From Diadema antillarum (Eukaryota): 64,000 bases of DNA. The notes beneath the pieces are model-generated. The model was not told the DNA's origin. It was given only the letters and a program-made list of their open reading frames with translations, and ran no database searches. Positions 39,828-54,959 of the stretch are shown piece after piece. The stretch lies in NCBI RefSeq assembly GCF_040938485.1, contig NW_027271049.1, positions 1 through 64,000 of the forward strand. The letters are read 5' to 3'. The position numbers and the translations under genes are program-made. Numbering within the stretch: position 1 is the first letter of the stretch; each line of letters opens with the position of its first letter.

Positions 39828-41312
39828 AAATAAACCAAACACACGCATTAAAAAAAAGCATATCAGAGTATGACTTTTAACATTGGTTTATATCTAACCC
39901 TTGGTGTGTGATGTACCAGTATTGCCGTTTGTGCATAGGCATATAATACCATGAGTAATGTGTGCTTGTTGGTGAGGGGCTAAAAGACAATTACACCTGT
40001 TCGCCTGAGCTGATGTCACCACATGCAGTCGTCTGTACAATTATCTCACATATAAAAGTGTAACTTATTTATAATGTAAATAGTTAGTGTACACACAACG
40101 ATACCTGCACATAGATTTAAGAGCATCTTCCTTTGTAAGATAAACTTCTTTGTCCCCGTTCTTATTCCATGTTTGTTTGTCGTTGGTGTTTTTTTTTTGT
40201 AATAGAATAATTAAAATTCATTAACAGGTAAATTGGAATTGGACAAAAGCTATCTTACTCATGGATGAAGAAAAGTAATGATGCATCCCTCAGGACTTCT
40301 CTCTATCATCTTTCTTGGTTTCCTTCTTTCTTTCTCTCTGTCTGAGACACATTCAAACATATACATAGACACACAAACACACACACACACACACTCGCAT
40401 TCAACGAATAAGTTATCATTATTAAGTCATACTTATGCTAATATTATTTTATATTCATGGTGCAAGTTCTCAATTACTGAAACAAGAAGTTGATTCTGAA
40501 TTAGGTATTATGTGGAGAAAAATAAAGAAAATAAATGAAATAAACAAGTAAAAATTTAACTCAAAGCAGAATCTGTATGAACAATAAGTATGAGCTTTTA
40601 CGAGGAATCAGAGACAAAATGCTATTCAACGTAAAATGTGATAATTCCAAGAGATGAAGGTAGAGTCTTCATAATTGGTACCGTTGATAAGTCAACATGG
40701 TGATGCATATATCAATTTAAGAGCCAAATTCAAAGGACCTTACTCGCACTTTGCAGCTTGTATTCTTAAGAAATTAGTGCAATGGTGTCATAAGTGAAGC
40801 AAATTCTGATAAATATGTGATTACAATAGGTCCCACTCTAGTTACAAATCAATCACCATACAATACCATGTTTTCATAACAAAATCTGAAGGCGAATCGT
40901 GTCGGTATAAAAATCACATTTATTTCTACAACACTATGGTTAGTTAGACAAGGCAATATTTGGGTAACTTTGACTTCTCGTCTGTATAAATATTTCATGG
41001 AGAGTTCTCGCGAGTCGCTGCCCTCCAACTTACCCAAGCTTTTTCGGCGATTTCCCCGTCGATGAGTTTTGACAGAGGTAATTGCTTACAATATTTTTGC
41101 ATGACATGATGTGACAAAAGTTAGGAGAAGAATAAAGAGAAATGGGAAAGAGAGGAGAGAGGGAGAGAAACGGGGAAAGAATAAATAGGCAAGAATAAAT
41201 TGATTGTGAAAATTGGAATAAAGGTGTGAGAAAAATGGGGCATGCAGATTCGATGAGTGTTCTGTCTGCGCGGAGCCGCGCCGGGCGTGTGCGAGCCGAG
41301 CCGGCTACTCAC

Positions 41313-41352
41313 CGCAGCGCGCCGCTCTAGGGCACTGCGCAAGGGACGCCAT
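41313..41352 (-). CDS. Candidate coding end of an alternative first exon (MASLAQCPRAARC, phase 1)
   Basis: ATG in GGAAATGG context (purine at -3, G at +4). Donor CTGCG|GTGAGT (intron starts 41312). Centre of a CpG-rich island at about 41240-41760. Confidence 0.28.
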
Positions 41353-41802
41353 TTCCAAAGGAGTCCAAATGTTTTGATAAGACAAGTCGACAGGCCCCGA
41401 GTACCGGAAGAGAATGGAAGAATAAAATGGGAAAAGACCTGTTTTACCCCTCTCTTTCTCTCTCGTTCCCTCTCAGCCTTTCCTTTTTTTCCATCTCCCC
41501 TTGACAAATGAGTTGGGGTAGAGGTCGAGCTATAGAGCTCTCGTCCTTTCTCCCCCTTCTTTTTCTACTTCTTCTTCTTCTTCTTGGATTCGGATAAGGT
41601 GGTTGTAAAGTAATTATTCCACGGTCGCGGAATACGATCTCAGCACAGAATAATGCCCGACTTCCGGAAAGGACTGCCATGAATACACAATCGCCGCACT
41701 AACCCTGCCCCTGGACCTGCGTTCAAATTCTCCGCCAGTTTTTCCCCAATGCCGAAACAAGAAATAAATGTCGAATGTGTGTGGCTATTTTCACAGGACA
41801 CA

Positions 41803-41809
41803 CACACGT

Positions 41810-41880
<71 letters not shown>
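41803..41880. repeat. (CA)n microsatellite
   Basis: Direct tandem units. Confidence 0.98.
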
Positions 41881-41882
<2 letters not shown>

Positions 41883-44800
41883 GAAAGGTAAGTAATAGAG
41901 AAAGAAAGACAGAATAGAAGGGGAAGGGGGAGGGGAACTGAGTGAAAGAAACACAAAGTGTGATATTTCCGAAGCTATACGAGAGTGCTAGATTTGTTGG
42001 CAATAAAGGGGTCAGCACTGGTGTCTTTGGATGCGAACTGTGCACGCGGGAGAAATACAATAGGAGAAATGAGGCGTAGCCTTACGCGAAGGGGCGGGCA
42101 ACTTGTCACTGGACTTGAAAGCCGCCAAATTTTCGTCTACTTTCGTTGTTGTTGTTGTTGTTGTATTCCCTCTCTACCTCTCTCTTTATCCTTCGTATAC
42201 TTCTAGGCCGTCTGATATACGGAAAGGCCTCCAGGGCATATGTATTTCTGATTAGCCCTCGGATCAACCCAGAAATTAATCGCTAGCGCCACTTCCCTTG
42301 TTCCAAGAGCAGAATCACCTCTGCCGAGATTGTGCTTTTGACTATTTTGTCTTTCTCCCTCAAAAAGAAAGAAAAAAAAAACACACACACACCTCCCTTC
42401 CCAAATCTCTCTTCACTCTGTAAGCTCTTTCTTCCCCTCCCATCTACCTTTTCTCTCCCCTTTTTTGTTCAAAAGTCGTCTTCAAGTCCCCGTGAGCTAT
42501 TTTCATAGGCCGCCTATACGTATCCTCGACTTTTTCGTGCCTCGTTGTATACACAGCAAAACACTTGACGTTTCCCCCCTTATTCATTTTTTCTTCTGTT
42601 CTTTCTGCCTCTCTTTTTTCTCTCTATGTTTCGCATATTCGTGCAAAAGGGCTGTTAGAGCCGATGTGTTGCGAGGCACAGTTTTGCAGATGCCTCATAT
42701 AAGCTGCTGAGCGCATCCTGAACAACGCTGGTGTCGGTGGGGCGTTGTTTGAGGCGACAGCCTCGACTGGTGCGGACGAAACAAGCCATCGCCGAGACTA
42801 GGGCATTGGGGATGAAATAGACAGAGACAGAGCCGAGATAGAGACAGAGAATATAGAGACAGAGACATGGGAAAAAAGGATCGAGAGATAGAGTCAAGGA
42901 AAGGGGAGAGAGAGAGAGAGAATGAGAATGTGTCAATCATGCAGAGCAAATCCCAACCAAATTTATGAATGCACCTCAGGGGCGAACGGCCGTGCAGAAA
43001 CGCCAGCCACTCTGGCTTCCTATAGACACCAATTTTCCCTCAAAGCAGGGAGGTGGAAAGAGCCTCCCTGCTCAAAGTCACGTCGTAACGTGGAAGCTCT
43101 AAATCATATTCTCGTAACGATACATCTAACCTAACACTGAATTAACTAGAACCGTTCCTTATTCCACCCTCCCCATCTCCAGACCCCCCCCCCCCCATAC
43201 AAAAATAGTAACTCTCCATTTGCGATTTTTTTATTCTCGTCTATCTTTTTTTTTTAATTTTTGGTTACATCTCTTTATCGTGCCATCAAGAGTTTGCCCG
43301 AAACTAGTCCCCGCTTTATTTTCTTGAGGTCGCGGGAAAAACGAGATGAATGTATCTTCTGAATGAAACGTCCAAAGTATTGGATTTCGGAAAGACGAGG
43401 CAGGGTTTTGTGGGCAACTCACGCCCTAATGCTACGTTAAACGTTTCCCGAAGTGCGTCTCATTAAGGGGTGGTTTGATGAGACGGGAGGGGCGAAACAC
43501 GGTGTCCGCTTTCATCAGTTTTGGAAGAGGAAGGAGGGGCAATACGTACCCGCTTACGCTCGATGTTGAGGAGTGAAAACAAAACAACACGCACCCCCTG
43601 TGAGGTACAAGTAGGGCAAATGTTGTATTCTGGATCGGGACGATTAAATTTCAGGCGAGTAGATTGTATGATAGAGGAACAAGGAGATGAGGGGTACAAA
43701 AAAAATATGCCGAGGGAGAAAAACTTATAAAGAGAAAGAGAAAGAAAGAAAAGTAGGAAGTGGGTGGGATATTCGAGAATTAGGGAGACAAAAATGTCGA
43801 TTAAAAAGATTTGAAATAAAATCATTCAACTGGATAATGGGCGACAAAGTCGGCCAAAGACAAACAACAAAAGGGAAGAGAACAGTATCAGGGAATTCGA
43901 AGGCCGCACGCTTCTGCAATTAAGATCTCGAAATTTGCCTTGGAGTTCAGTACTCTTCGTGTTTTTGTTGCTGAAGAGCAAGTTATTAGCCCCCAAAGAG
44001 GAGATGGGGAGTACGGTTTCTAGGATACACGCTGATGTCTAAGAGGCAGACGCAGATTCGTGCATCCACTATGTTGCCTGTGTTGCTGTCAAGTGATCTA
44101 CGTACGCCAGTATCTAGCCGCGTCTACGAATCGATTGACGCTCCAATCCTTCGCGACCAGGAGGGAGCGACAACCTCAAGGTCTCATGCACGACATCGTC
44201 GATGAATGTTAACTGTGATAGAATCTAGAGAGAACCATAAGATGCAAGGAGGGAAATTGAAGGAGAGAAAGGGACAGCAAAAGATTATAATTCCAGAGTA
44301 TAAAACACATACGGACACACACAAGAAAGATTTGCAAGGAAAATACAGTATGTCCGACACGCGTTCAACGCGTACACAGCACGGATAGAAGTTTCGTCAT
44401 ACTAACTGACTTTTAGTCGATCGTCTGTAATGTTTTCCCTGACATTTTTGAAGGGACTGTTAAAAGGCATAACCTATTGGCCTACATATTGTAAGCCATA
44501 AAAGCTCTGTTCTGCTGGAACGATGTAAATGTGCAACTACCAACTCATCCTCATAGGTCAACTTCTCCATGTAATCCTGCATAATTATAGGAAATTCAAA
44601 ATAACAATCTGACAATGAACATATGAGCTAGTTGAGCCTTAAAACCCACTATACTTTGTCGATGGTGTTGTTGCTTTTGTTCAACCAAATTTAGACTTGT
44701 TCTGTTCCGGTAAGACTTTGTAGATAGTGACATAGAGGATATGCGTAACGCGTATAATAGGTGTAACGCGAAGGCGTTAAACACCACACCAAAAAAAAAA

Positions 44801-45758
44801 AAAAAGCTTTCCCTTTTTATCTCAAAAAAGCAATTCATTTCATACTTAACATTGTCTCATTACATACATTACATACAACGTCAAAGTATTTATATTATAT
44901 ACATATCACAAATTCAGTCAATTGTATTCATGCCACTGCCCATCTTAAATCTTGTTATCACACTGGGAAATCATAAACCTGACTGGTCTGATAAATCCCA
45001 CTCTAGTTTGCTACAGGCTTCAATTTCATGATTAATTCCATCATATTCATTGTAATGAGGTTAGCCATCGAATACCCCGGGAAGAATCCACAATAAAGAT
45101 CATGATCCTTTAATTCATCTGCATATTCTAAGCCCTTAATATTCCTTTGCGCGCCATGAGTTTCAGCCTCTAGGTTGCGACTGGGACGCACGCCACCACA
45201 TTCCGATTTATATATACGTTCATTCGGCAGTCCCTTCGGAACATCCTTAGCTCCCATCCTCTTAATTGTTTAAGTGCTTCTTGATTACGTCAGGTCCACA
45301 GTGAAAGCAACAGAATTCTCTCGCGCTCCAAGGAAAAGAGGACCCCTCCGAGCTTCGAATTTAATAGAACAGAGATCTCCAACGACGTGCTGAAAACCAA
45401 ACGGAATGGAATGAAAGACGCAATATATACNNNNNNNNNNNNNNNNNNNNNNNNNNNNNNNNNNNNNNNNNNNNNNNNNNNNNNNNNNNNNNNNNNNNNN
45501 NNNNNNNNNNNNNNNNNNNNNNNNNNNNNNNNNNNNNNNNNNNNNNNNNNNNNNNNNNNNNNNNNNNNNNNNNNNNNNNNNNNNNNNNNNNNNNNNNCAT
45601 CAACTCACACTAGGTCTGCTCAAGGCATTGATTAAGCGATAAAATATTGTAACGGACGTATAATACAACAAAACAAACTTAACCATCTATTCGCAAATTT
45701 GTAATACACCCGTTTTTTGTCTCTTTTTGTCTTTTTGTTTAGGGTATGCTTCTCTGTC

Positions 45759-45795
<37 letters not shown>

Positions 45796-45888
45796 GAAAC
45801 AGAGGAAGAAGAAGAATAATAAGGAGAATGAGAATAACAATAACAACAATTAAGAAAAAGATTTGTTCCTGGAAAAACTGGTACCCAA

Positions 45889-45889
<1 letters not shown>

Positions 45890-45931
<42 letters not shown>
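45890..45931. repeat. Poly(A) tract of about 42 nt
   Basis: Uninterrupted A run. No recognisable retroelement body upstream. Confidence 0.95.
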
Positions 45932-45934
<3 letters not shown>

Positions 45935-48900
45935 GGCACATTTCGGGATACGATATATACCCGGATGTCACTTTGCCGTGCAATAAACGCAAGTTAAAGT
46001 CATAAGTATGTTCGCTTCAAGCTTCTTATTTTTTTTTTCAGTCCTTTTTTCCTATTTTTAATCTCTCTCTCTCTCTCTCTCAATCTCTTTCTAAAGAAGC
46101 TTCGCTCAGGATCAGTAATATTCTACGTACGTCAACTTTTATACATGTGTGTGTGTATAGAAAGCTGGATTGCCACCGATATCAATGTAGCATTAGAATC
46201 AAATGATTTATTTGTTTGGGTGTTGTTGTTGTGTTTTATTTTTTTTTTCTATTTACTCGATGAAGAGACACCTGTCATGAACAAAGTACATTTATCTCAT
46301 TTCACGCGTATCCGAGGACAATGATTTCGTCTTGGCCACTTTTCATATTCATTGTACGCAACTCTTCATCGTTTAGTCCCATCTACAGAGAACTGCGCTG
46401 GGAAGTTACGATTCACTGAACATCAGCAGAAAGTGTCTGGCATTCTCAAATTGATGCGCAGACATTATTAGACACTCATAACAGACTTCAAAAAAAAGTT
46501 TTGTAGAAAGTTAAAGATTTATGGGAGAGCCCTGATCCTGTTATTGTTTACCAAATAAACGTGAACGTAGGTTCAAATATGATTCGAAAATCTCCCTTGT
46601 GAATACACCAAAACTTATATCTTGAGGGTTTTTTTTTTCTTGGATACTCTGCACACGAAATGTGTTTAGACGCAAGAGACTATAGTTTAAGAAAGAAAAT
46701 ATGTATACGTATCAGCGGGAGAACTCGAAATTCATCTTCCAAAACTGAATCCCCCTCAGAGTTCTTCATTCGCGTGAGTAATTGGTCTACTTAAGTCGTT
46801 AATGAGGACAAATTGGCGACATCGCGAACTGTAGGTTCGCGTTTCAACTTCAATCGAAAGTGTTAAGCAGCTCCGGTTTAAAAAACGGGTGGATCAGCGT
46901 CAGATTTCGTGTACGCGCCTTAAAAGGTTAGGTCTTAGCGTTCCCGTTGTTTTTCAGCATGCCATCATGAATGACGCCGTTTGACAGTGAATATTGACGT
47001 GACCTACATATCGCTGAAGGGAACCTGACAAGCCCCCAGGATTGAATGTACGCCACGCATGCAACATAATACAAGTGGGATGTAAGCCTATAAGCATGGG
47101 ATAGCGCGCAGTGTGGGGGTGTGCGGAGTAATACGGGTGTGCGTGTGTCGATCTATCGGCCCCCGCGTACCGAGCAATTGCCGGCCTAGCATACACATGA
47201 TTGACTCGCTAGCCCGAGTTCTCCTCTTTCGGTTATCAATCCCGAGCTATTGATCGGATCATGAACGTCAGAGACCAGAAATGTCACTCCGCGTAGTAAG
47301 GGCGTAGCCGAAAGAAAAACATACGATAGGCAGAGAGAAGGCATCGGGCAAATGGGAGGGGTAGGGTAAGGTGAGAATGACCTATAGGTGACGTGAAGAT
47401 GACCCTCTGTAGCACAATTGATAAGTTGTCCCTTTGTCAGCTGTAACCTTTTGGTTGAATGCGCACGCGTACGCGCACTGAAGCGGATTCGCCGGAGCAT
47501 GCCTAACAAGTCATGGCCTTCACTATCGAAGACACTTTTTCAAGTTACTCATTGATAATGACTTTCAATGATGTTACCTTTAATACGAAAAACCAATCAG
47601 CTGTCAAGGTTTTCTATTTATTGCCATGGTAATCATAATGATTACATGCATTTTGTGCGTTTGCATGAAATGTAGAAAATTAGGACAATCAAAATGCGTT
47701 AAAGTGTTGTGCTATAAATGTAAAGATGTAAGGAGTGTTGATTAGTGTTACTCTGGATTAAGTTGTCCAGGAATCGTTCTAAACATGCACTGAAAGATGG
47801 TTGTCTCAGCATCGGTTCGTTTTAACGCATAAACTGTCCATCAACATGTGCTAGATGCAAGGACGGCTCCGTTTACTTCTTCCTTTATACTTATGAGCTT
47901 TGGACGCGATCCATTTGAAGCAATAACAGACGTACAACACGGTAATTTTCAAAGTTGCTATATATCTGTTAAACTATGCATTGAACTTTAATACTGATTG
48001 AATAATGATAATTGCGCACAAACTAGACGTCTTTCATTCTTTGGAGGCAATGGGGGAGTGTAATGCTGATGGTTCACGATCGTTATTTATAACTTTTTCT
48101 TTTCTTTTTCATTTCTTTTCTTCTTCTTTTTTTGTTCCATAAAGAGACAAACACTGAGCAGGAAAGAGATGGTAACAAATCATTTCGGCGCCAAATCCCC
48201 GGCACCATTTCCCAAGAGAAACTTGGCGAGATTTTTTTGGGGGCAGAAATGCTCGCCACGCCTGGAACCCCGTATAGCTTACAAACCAAACAATATGAGA
48301 CCCGGCATTGATGAATCGTCGGGGAGCGGGGCTAATCTCGTGCTATATTGCCGGTTAACCTTTCTCCTCTTAGTGTTAGATTATCCTCCCGATTTTGTAT
48401 CCCTTTTGCTCTCGGTTTCTCTCATCCTCCACATCCATCTCATCCACCTCTCCTTCCTCCTCTTCCTCCTCCTCCTTCTCTTCGTCCTTAAGTCTTTCAT
48501 ACCAGTCATATCCTGTGATAATAGGTTTATACAAGTACATGTATTCAATAACTTCACTGAGAACACCGTTGGTGTTCTAAATTCTCTTTTCTGAAGGAGG
48601 AACCCGTCAATTCAACTATAAAACACTAAATAGCATAAGTTATCTCCCCTCCACTCTTCATCTAGTATAGTCACACTACAAGCAACAATGTTCTGTTTTC
48701 AGGATTTTGATGTTTTACCCTTTATTTTCCATGCTACCACCATCCTCCAACTCTTTCACTTGAAATTCCTCCGTAAGATAAAACGAATAAAAACGAATGC
48801 AACTCGGCAACAAAACCTTATCTAGTAACCGTAATACTAAATTCATGTATCAAGATAGATCTTGAAATAATCAGCGTAGGAAGGCATACATAAACAACAA

Positions 48901-50005
48901 AATGGGGGAAGCTTGGGGCAGAAAGGAACTTGAGATGACTCGTCGAAGAATCTGTGGCGATTTACGGCACTGACAACGATAGAGTAGTATTACATGTCGT
49001 TTTCATCTAATGAGGTATTCTTATTTTCCCAGCATTGTTTCTCCTCGCTATGCAGTACATTTGCCATTCTTGTCATAGGATTTGGTACATTACGTCTAAA
49101 TTAATGCATAAAAAAGAATCATCAGTCGTAGCGACAAACCTTCTCACTGTTGATTTGATATAGTCATGATAGTATAGAGTCATTTCACAGTAATAATATT
49201 TATTTACTCGGAAAACCATCATCAAATTTTGTATAAGGAAAACGGTTTATCGAATGCTGCTTTCTGATTGAGGGGAGTTAAAAAGCAGACGATCATAATA
49301 GCCTTTGACCAGGGAACACGAAGTCAGCCTCTAATTGAACAAGAAATAAACAATCATTCAAATCGTCTTTACATTAATTTAATGACTAAGAAGTACAGAT
49401 ATCTCATGTGACTTGGAGAGGCTGTGAGGGTACAAATAAACCGAATTTCGTTTAAGATTTAGCAATGCTTGTTTACAAGGGAGAAAGGAATCACACACGC
49501 ACACATACTCACACACACATACACAAAAAAAAAAAACACACCTCAGTAATTGCATTCAGGTATAACAGTGGAAAGAAGAAAGGAAGTTACTCAAACTCAG
49601 CATGGATAGCTACTGTTGATATTCCGTGGAGCCCAACATTTATCATGCAACAAAAACATAATTAGAAAAGATAATGATAAACATTGAAGTAAACCTTTAA
49701 CGCGTTTACCTTGTGCAGGACAAAACACCTTTTAGATATCGCTCGCTCCACCTGAGCACCGGAAGTACAAAAGGGCCTTTTGACAAGATCGAAGATTCAC
49801 GCCGTAGATTTCACGTCCGAAATACCCGGTCAGCGCTAGTTTCGGATATCAAAAAGATAGTATTTATTTCTCAAAGCTCAGAATTAATGATAGCAGACAA
49901 GGTCTCACTTCCTGGACGATATCTGACGATTTAAAGGAAAAATGAGGCCTGGTTTGTTTGTTGATTAACGGTTAATAGTTCTGTTTGTTTTTCTTCTGAA
50001 CACAG

Positions 50006-50065
50006 GTGCTGAGATCATTCCAAGCTATTGCGTCATAGTGCCATTATACGTCAAATATTTCTTTC
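50006..50065 (+). other. Candidate 60-nt cassette exon
   Basis: Acceptor TTCTGTTTGTTTTTCTTCTGAACACAG|G and donor TTTC|GTGAGT. Only the phase 1-1 frame is open (AEIIPSYCVIVPLYVKYFF). Confidence 0.3.
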
Positions 50066-50948
50066 GTGAGTATATAAGCTATCTTGTTACCTTGTTATCA
50101 TTTTTAGTGCAGTACAAAATTAACGATAACCAGACTGAATTACGCAAAAATTCTTAGCAATGATCAAGGTGTTATAAGATAATATGCACTATTTTTGGAC
50201 CATCATATAGGATGGAATCGTTTCGAAAGATTTTTCTTGTATCTATGAATTATCAGGTATATGATATACCTTTGAATTTTAATCTACACTTCTCTTTCGG
50301 AAGACAAAGAATCAAACAAATGCATCTTAAAAATGTAAATTAAAATGTAAATTAAACTGAAACTGTAAATTAAATCGCCAACACAGTTTAAACGAGGACG
50401 AGTCGAGACATTTTGGTGAATTTCGATTGCGACAATAACTGAACAAAAAAAGACAACAACAACAACAACAACAACACACAGAGACGAAGATGGAAATTCG
50501 TGAAATATTATAGTACAATGTGTCTAATTTCTCAATTTTCTCGTTGTATATAGTGTCACTTAAACGGAGAAGACCCTGGTCTGTTATCGAAACCGTGAGA
50601 AAGCGGGACCGCCAAGAGCCTCCTTATGTAACGCTTATCGGAACGTGGACCAAAAACCAAGATTGCATATGGCAGGCCAGCTAGTCGGCAGGTGATGACG
50701 CCAAGCCCTCATCGAATCTGACTTCCGCCCTGTCCGGACTGAGAAAAGGGAGCTATAGAAAGAATGTCTCGTGGGTTTGTATTGTATAGCAGATGTTTGC
50801 TCATCTATAAAAATATCCAATCACTTTCAATTATTGGCGATAGATGCATCTTCGTGATTTGTGTGGGGTCTTTTTTTTTAAAGAAAAAGAACAGAATACA
50901 ATAAATATCTTGCCTACTTTTGTCTTATAATCTGATCCCTCTGTTAAA

Positions 50949-50949
<1 letters not shown>

Positions 50950-50997
<48 letters not shown>
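50950..50997. repeat. (TA)n microsatellite
   Basis: Direct tandem units. Confidence 0.98.
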
Positions 50998-51003
<6 letters not shown>

Positions 51004-52332
51004 TTCTATAATGCATATATATTCCATGATACCAGTTGGAAATTTCTGTGATTGAATGTTCCAAAAGGAAGCGAGGAGTTATTTTTCACATTACCACAGT
51101 GATGCATTTTGGAATTAGCTTGAAAGTCAGTAATGATGAAAAAAGGCTGAAAATGGTTTCATAAAAACCTTGATAAAAACATTACTTTCCTTAATATGTT
51201 GAACGCTTCAAGCAAGCCATGGCCTTCCGTCTATTCTTATCTACACTCATATTGTAACAAATTATTTTTCAAAGAAATATATAAGATTCTTATCCACCCT
51301 TATCTTACTGTCTGCTGCACTGGTCATTGCATGAAACTGTTATGAAGGAAAAAAAGAAATAAAAAAGAGAAGGAAATAGATTAATTCCCGGCTTATTAGG
51401 TATGCGCGCGATGATTTGATTTGGGCGCAGTTCGATTATAATTACCGCCAATACGCCGGGCTCCGGTCCGCTCGTATGAATAGTCAATCGAATCACTGCA
51501 GGACAATTGATTTAAACTCGCGGGATTAGTCGGAGGGATACGCAGCGCATCAGAGATAAATCTGAAGGAAGGGGGAGGGGACCTGCCTCTACCCTGTCAA
51601 TGTCTATGAAATATGCCAGGAATATCAGGGTCTTGGTGCTATTAAAGCAGGGGAATAACGAGAAAACAAAAAGCAAAGCAAAACGTGTGAAGGGAAACTT
51701 ACACTGCCAGGTACAGAATACGGAAATTGATATTATTCAGAATATTTATCATCCATCTTTATGTTATGTGTTTAATAGAGTAATTTCTGGCTTTCATTCT
51801 ATGAAAATCTCGATTTTCCACGTTTTTTCTTTTTTTTGTGAGTAATGTGTTTCACACTTCCTTGCCTGCCTAAACTAAGGGTTACACTGCCACCGGTGTG
51901 TTTATTGTGTCTAGGTGTACCTCAGCTTATAAAATGGCTTTTATGTACTTTTAGACAATTAAATCATGTCATTAGCAAATAGGTGGTGATCCCAATTTCC
52001 TACTCTCTGCCTTTCCTTCACTTTATTCGTCCCCTCCCTTCTATTGGATTTCCCTTAATCTATCTATCACTCCATCTCTCCCTCTACCCAATTATCCACC
52101 TATCTATCCACCTCCTGTTCACTTTATCTTAAAGTCCCTGTTTATTGAGAGCAGTGAATTACAAAAAGAAGTACGAGTTATCACATTTAATGAATAATTA
52201 TGTATAGTTCAGTTTTATCACAAAATACCCTACCATATAAAAATTTAGCAAATAAATCCTAAATATAAGGAGACATCACTATTATTTTCTCAATAAACTA
52301 TAGCTGTAGACGATTTATTCTAGAAACCATTT

Positions 52333-52460
52333 TAATAAAACTATTGTTAACATTTTATATATACAACAATACTTAACATTGATTGTACTGATTACTTTAA
52401 TAAAACTTTTGTTCACATTTTGTATACACAACAATACTTAACATTGATTATACTGATTAC
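52333..52460. repeat. Two-copy 65-bp tandem duplication
   Basis: TAATAAAACT(A/T)TTGTT(A/C)ACATTTT...CAACAATACTTAACATTGATT(G/A)TACTGATTAC starting at 52333 and 52398. Confidence 0.9.
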
Positions 52461-54959
52461 CATTTTACATTGGTTGTTTATATTCCTAACTCACATTTTA
52501 GAATTCTTTTGAAGCACTAAGGCTGTTATTTTATATGCAAATGGTAAATAGTGGATTTGGATATACAATGTCCCGATTTTATATCATAGATCCTCATGTC
52601 AATTTCTTTTTGCATAATTATATTCTACGTTCCGTTTTCTTCTTTTTTTCATCAATTGTGACAGACGTTTCTTCTACGTCTAGTATACACATTGAAGGAT
52701 AGAAAGATACACAGATATAATACAGACACACACACACTCTCTCACACACACACACACATCACACACACGGGTTCACGCACATGCACCCTCCCCCTTTCCC
52801 TACGATGTGCTGTCCCCGTTATCCGTGGCGTGTCACAAGGAGCGGGTGCAGAGGGCCTAATTATTACCCATCGGGAGCAATCGGCAGCATGCGGAGATAA
52901 TCGACAGATGCATAACCGGTAATACGTTTAACCCCCCTTCCACCTCCTCCCCCCCCCCCCCCCCCACACACACACAAACACACACACTCGTGTGAGATGG
53001 GTGTATGGATACAACAGAGAACACACAGTGTCCCTGCTCATATAAACGTACCATTCTAAGTGTGGAACCTCCAGTTAAGACTCAAATGCACCAATATCTT
53101 CCCATACTTATTTATGAGTACCTACTATTTTACAGAATGAACAGGGAAAGCTTATATTGTGAGAGTTCTTATACATCTATAGCCTACGAAACTGCTCGAT
53201 TGCGCAAAAGCGGAATGAATCACGTATAGACATGTATTTATTTGTTGATGAAAGGGAACCAGAAAGTTTTATTTAGACGCGAAAGCATATAAATGTAACT
53301 TTAAAACAACAAAAGATAAATAAACAAAGTAAAATAATGATAACTTAATAATGGAGGCTTCTTCTTTCTAGCTGAGAGGAATTACTTATCCTTCATATTG
53401 TAAAATATTCACAAGGATATTTAAGGGCATCGAAGGACTATGAGCTAAGTTAGCCACTAAAATGATTTCAGCACATTACAAGACATTCAAGATGAAAAGC
53501 AGGCAGTGCTTATACAACTTTTGGTATCCTCAACTTGACACTGAATCATTTCATTATTTTTAATACATTGAGGAACGCTTCCTAGCGAGTTGAAAATGTT
53601 TTCAGGAAAACAGTAATGTTATTGAACAAAAGAGTTCGGGAAAGTAGTTCAACATTTACAACGGATTGTCTTCTCCGACTGGCTGCCTTGCATATAAAAC
53701 AGACAAACAAAAGAATAAAAGTAGAAAGGAAAAAAAAAACAAACATGCTGACGGCACTTTGCATCATCAGAAAGGTGAATGGTTTCGTTATTTTGAATTA
53801 TATTAATGATATTGTTCTTCGACTGGGGTAAAACAAACAAACAAACAAATAAATTATTGACGCTTCTACCCCCACATCCTTTTATTTGAATTCCAGCTAT
53901 CTCCTGGAGTGTGTTTATCAAAACGCAATAGAAATCAAATTAAAAAAAAAAGACTTCGGTCATTGACTCGAATTCCTGGTGAGTCTCCATGGAAACATGA
54001 CAAAGAAAAACACACCGCTAGTTCAGGTAAACCAAGGATCATAGTATGTTTCCTTCATTAAGTTTTTTTTTTTTTTTAATATCCAATTGCCCATGCAATC
54101 AATGTGGGATATGGTGTAATATAATATTTACATGAAATATGATTTTGATGAAAGGAGAATACATTCATGCGCAGGTAGTATTTATCATTATTCATCTAAT
54201 CATCATATTAAACGTATGTAACTATATACTACAATACTTCCCCCATCACATTCATGCTGTTTTCCTGGTTCCCTAAATTTCTATTCATTCTCTCGTTAAG
54301 ATATTGTTACTGCATACCCAATCATTTGGAATGATATATGTCAAATATGTTATAAACAATCGGCTATGCATTGTTTTCATTGGTGTTAGAAATGACTTTA
54401 CGCAAAAATCATGACACTGTCTTATTTTAGGAAATGTAAAGCAAAATATAGCGATAAGTCAATATCAAATAATCGAGGACGACAGTCTTTTGGAGAAAAA
54501 AAAAAGCCATGTTACCCTATATACCTAGACATTTACAAACACTCTTAAGCTATGAAACATTGCATATGCATAAGGGGAAAATGAATATGTCCTGAATAAT
54601 TCTGACAAATTGAAAAAAAAAAAACACCAAAAACGATGTACGATATTTTTCTTCCTTGTGTAATTTGCCAGGTCAAGTTCTGAATGAATGTATAATAGCA
54701 CCTTTAAGACGCTATAGTTGTCACCGACTGGCATTTATGTGATTCTTTACGACAAGGTGTGTCTTGGAAAACGGATTTTGGAAAAGGAATTAGTGAATCA
54801 CACAGTTTCTCTTTGCCATCGCGGTAAAGTGGTTTCCAACAATGCAGGTGGTATTTCGAACATTGCAAAGTTAATGGAGATATACGCGCTGCCTGTATTT
54901 CCCTGTAGAATAAGAGGGAAAATGGGATATCAATGCTGTTTAAAGATTACGTGTACGTG

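Noticed and set aside
41034-41107. Minus-strand G|GTAAGT donor preceded by short ATG frames
   Set aside because: The frames end in phase 0 or 2, unlike the other candidates, and there is no clear acceptor. It could still be real but is unsupported.
45003-45257. 84-aa ORF with natural-looking composition (MGAKDVPKGLPNERIY...)
   Set aside because: No recognisable motif and no strong splice sites. An ORF of this length is expected by chance.
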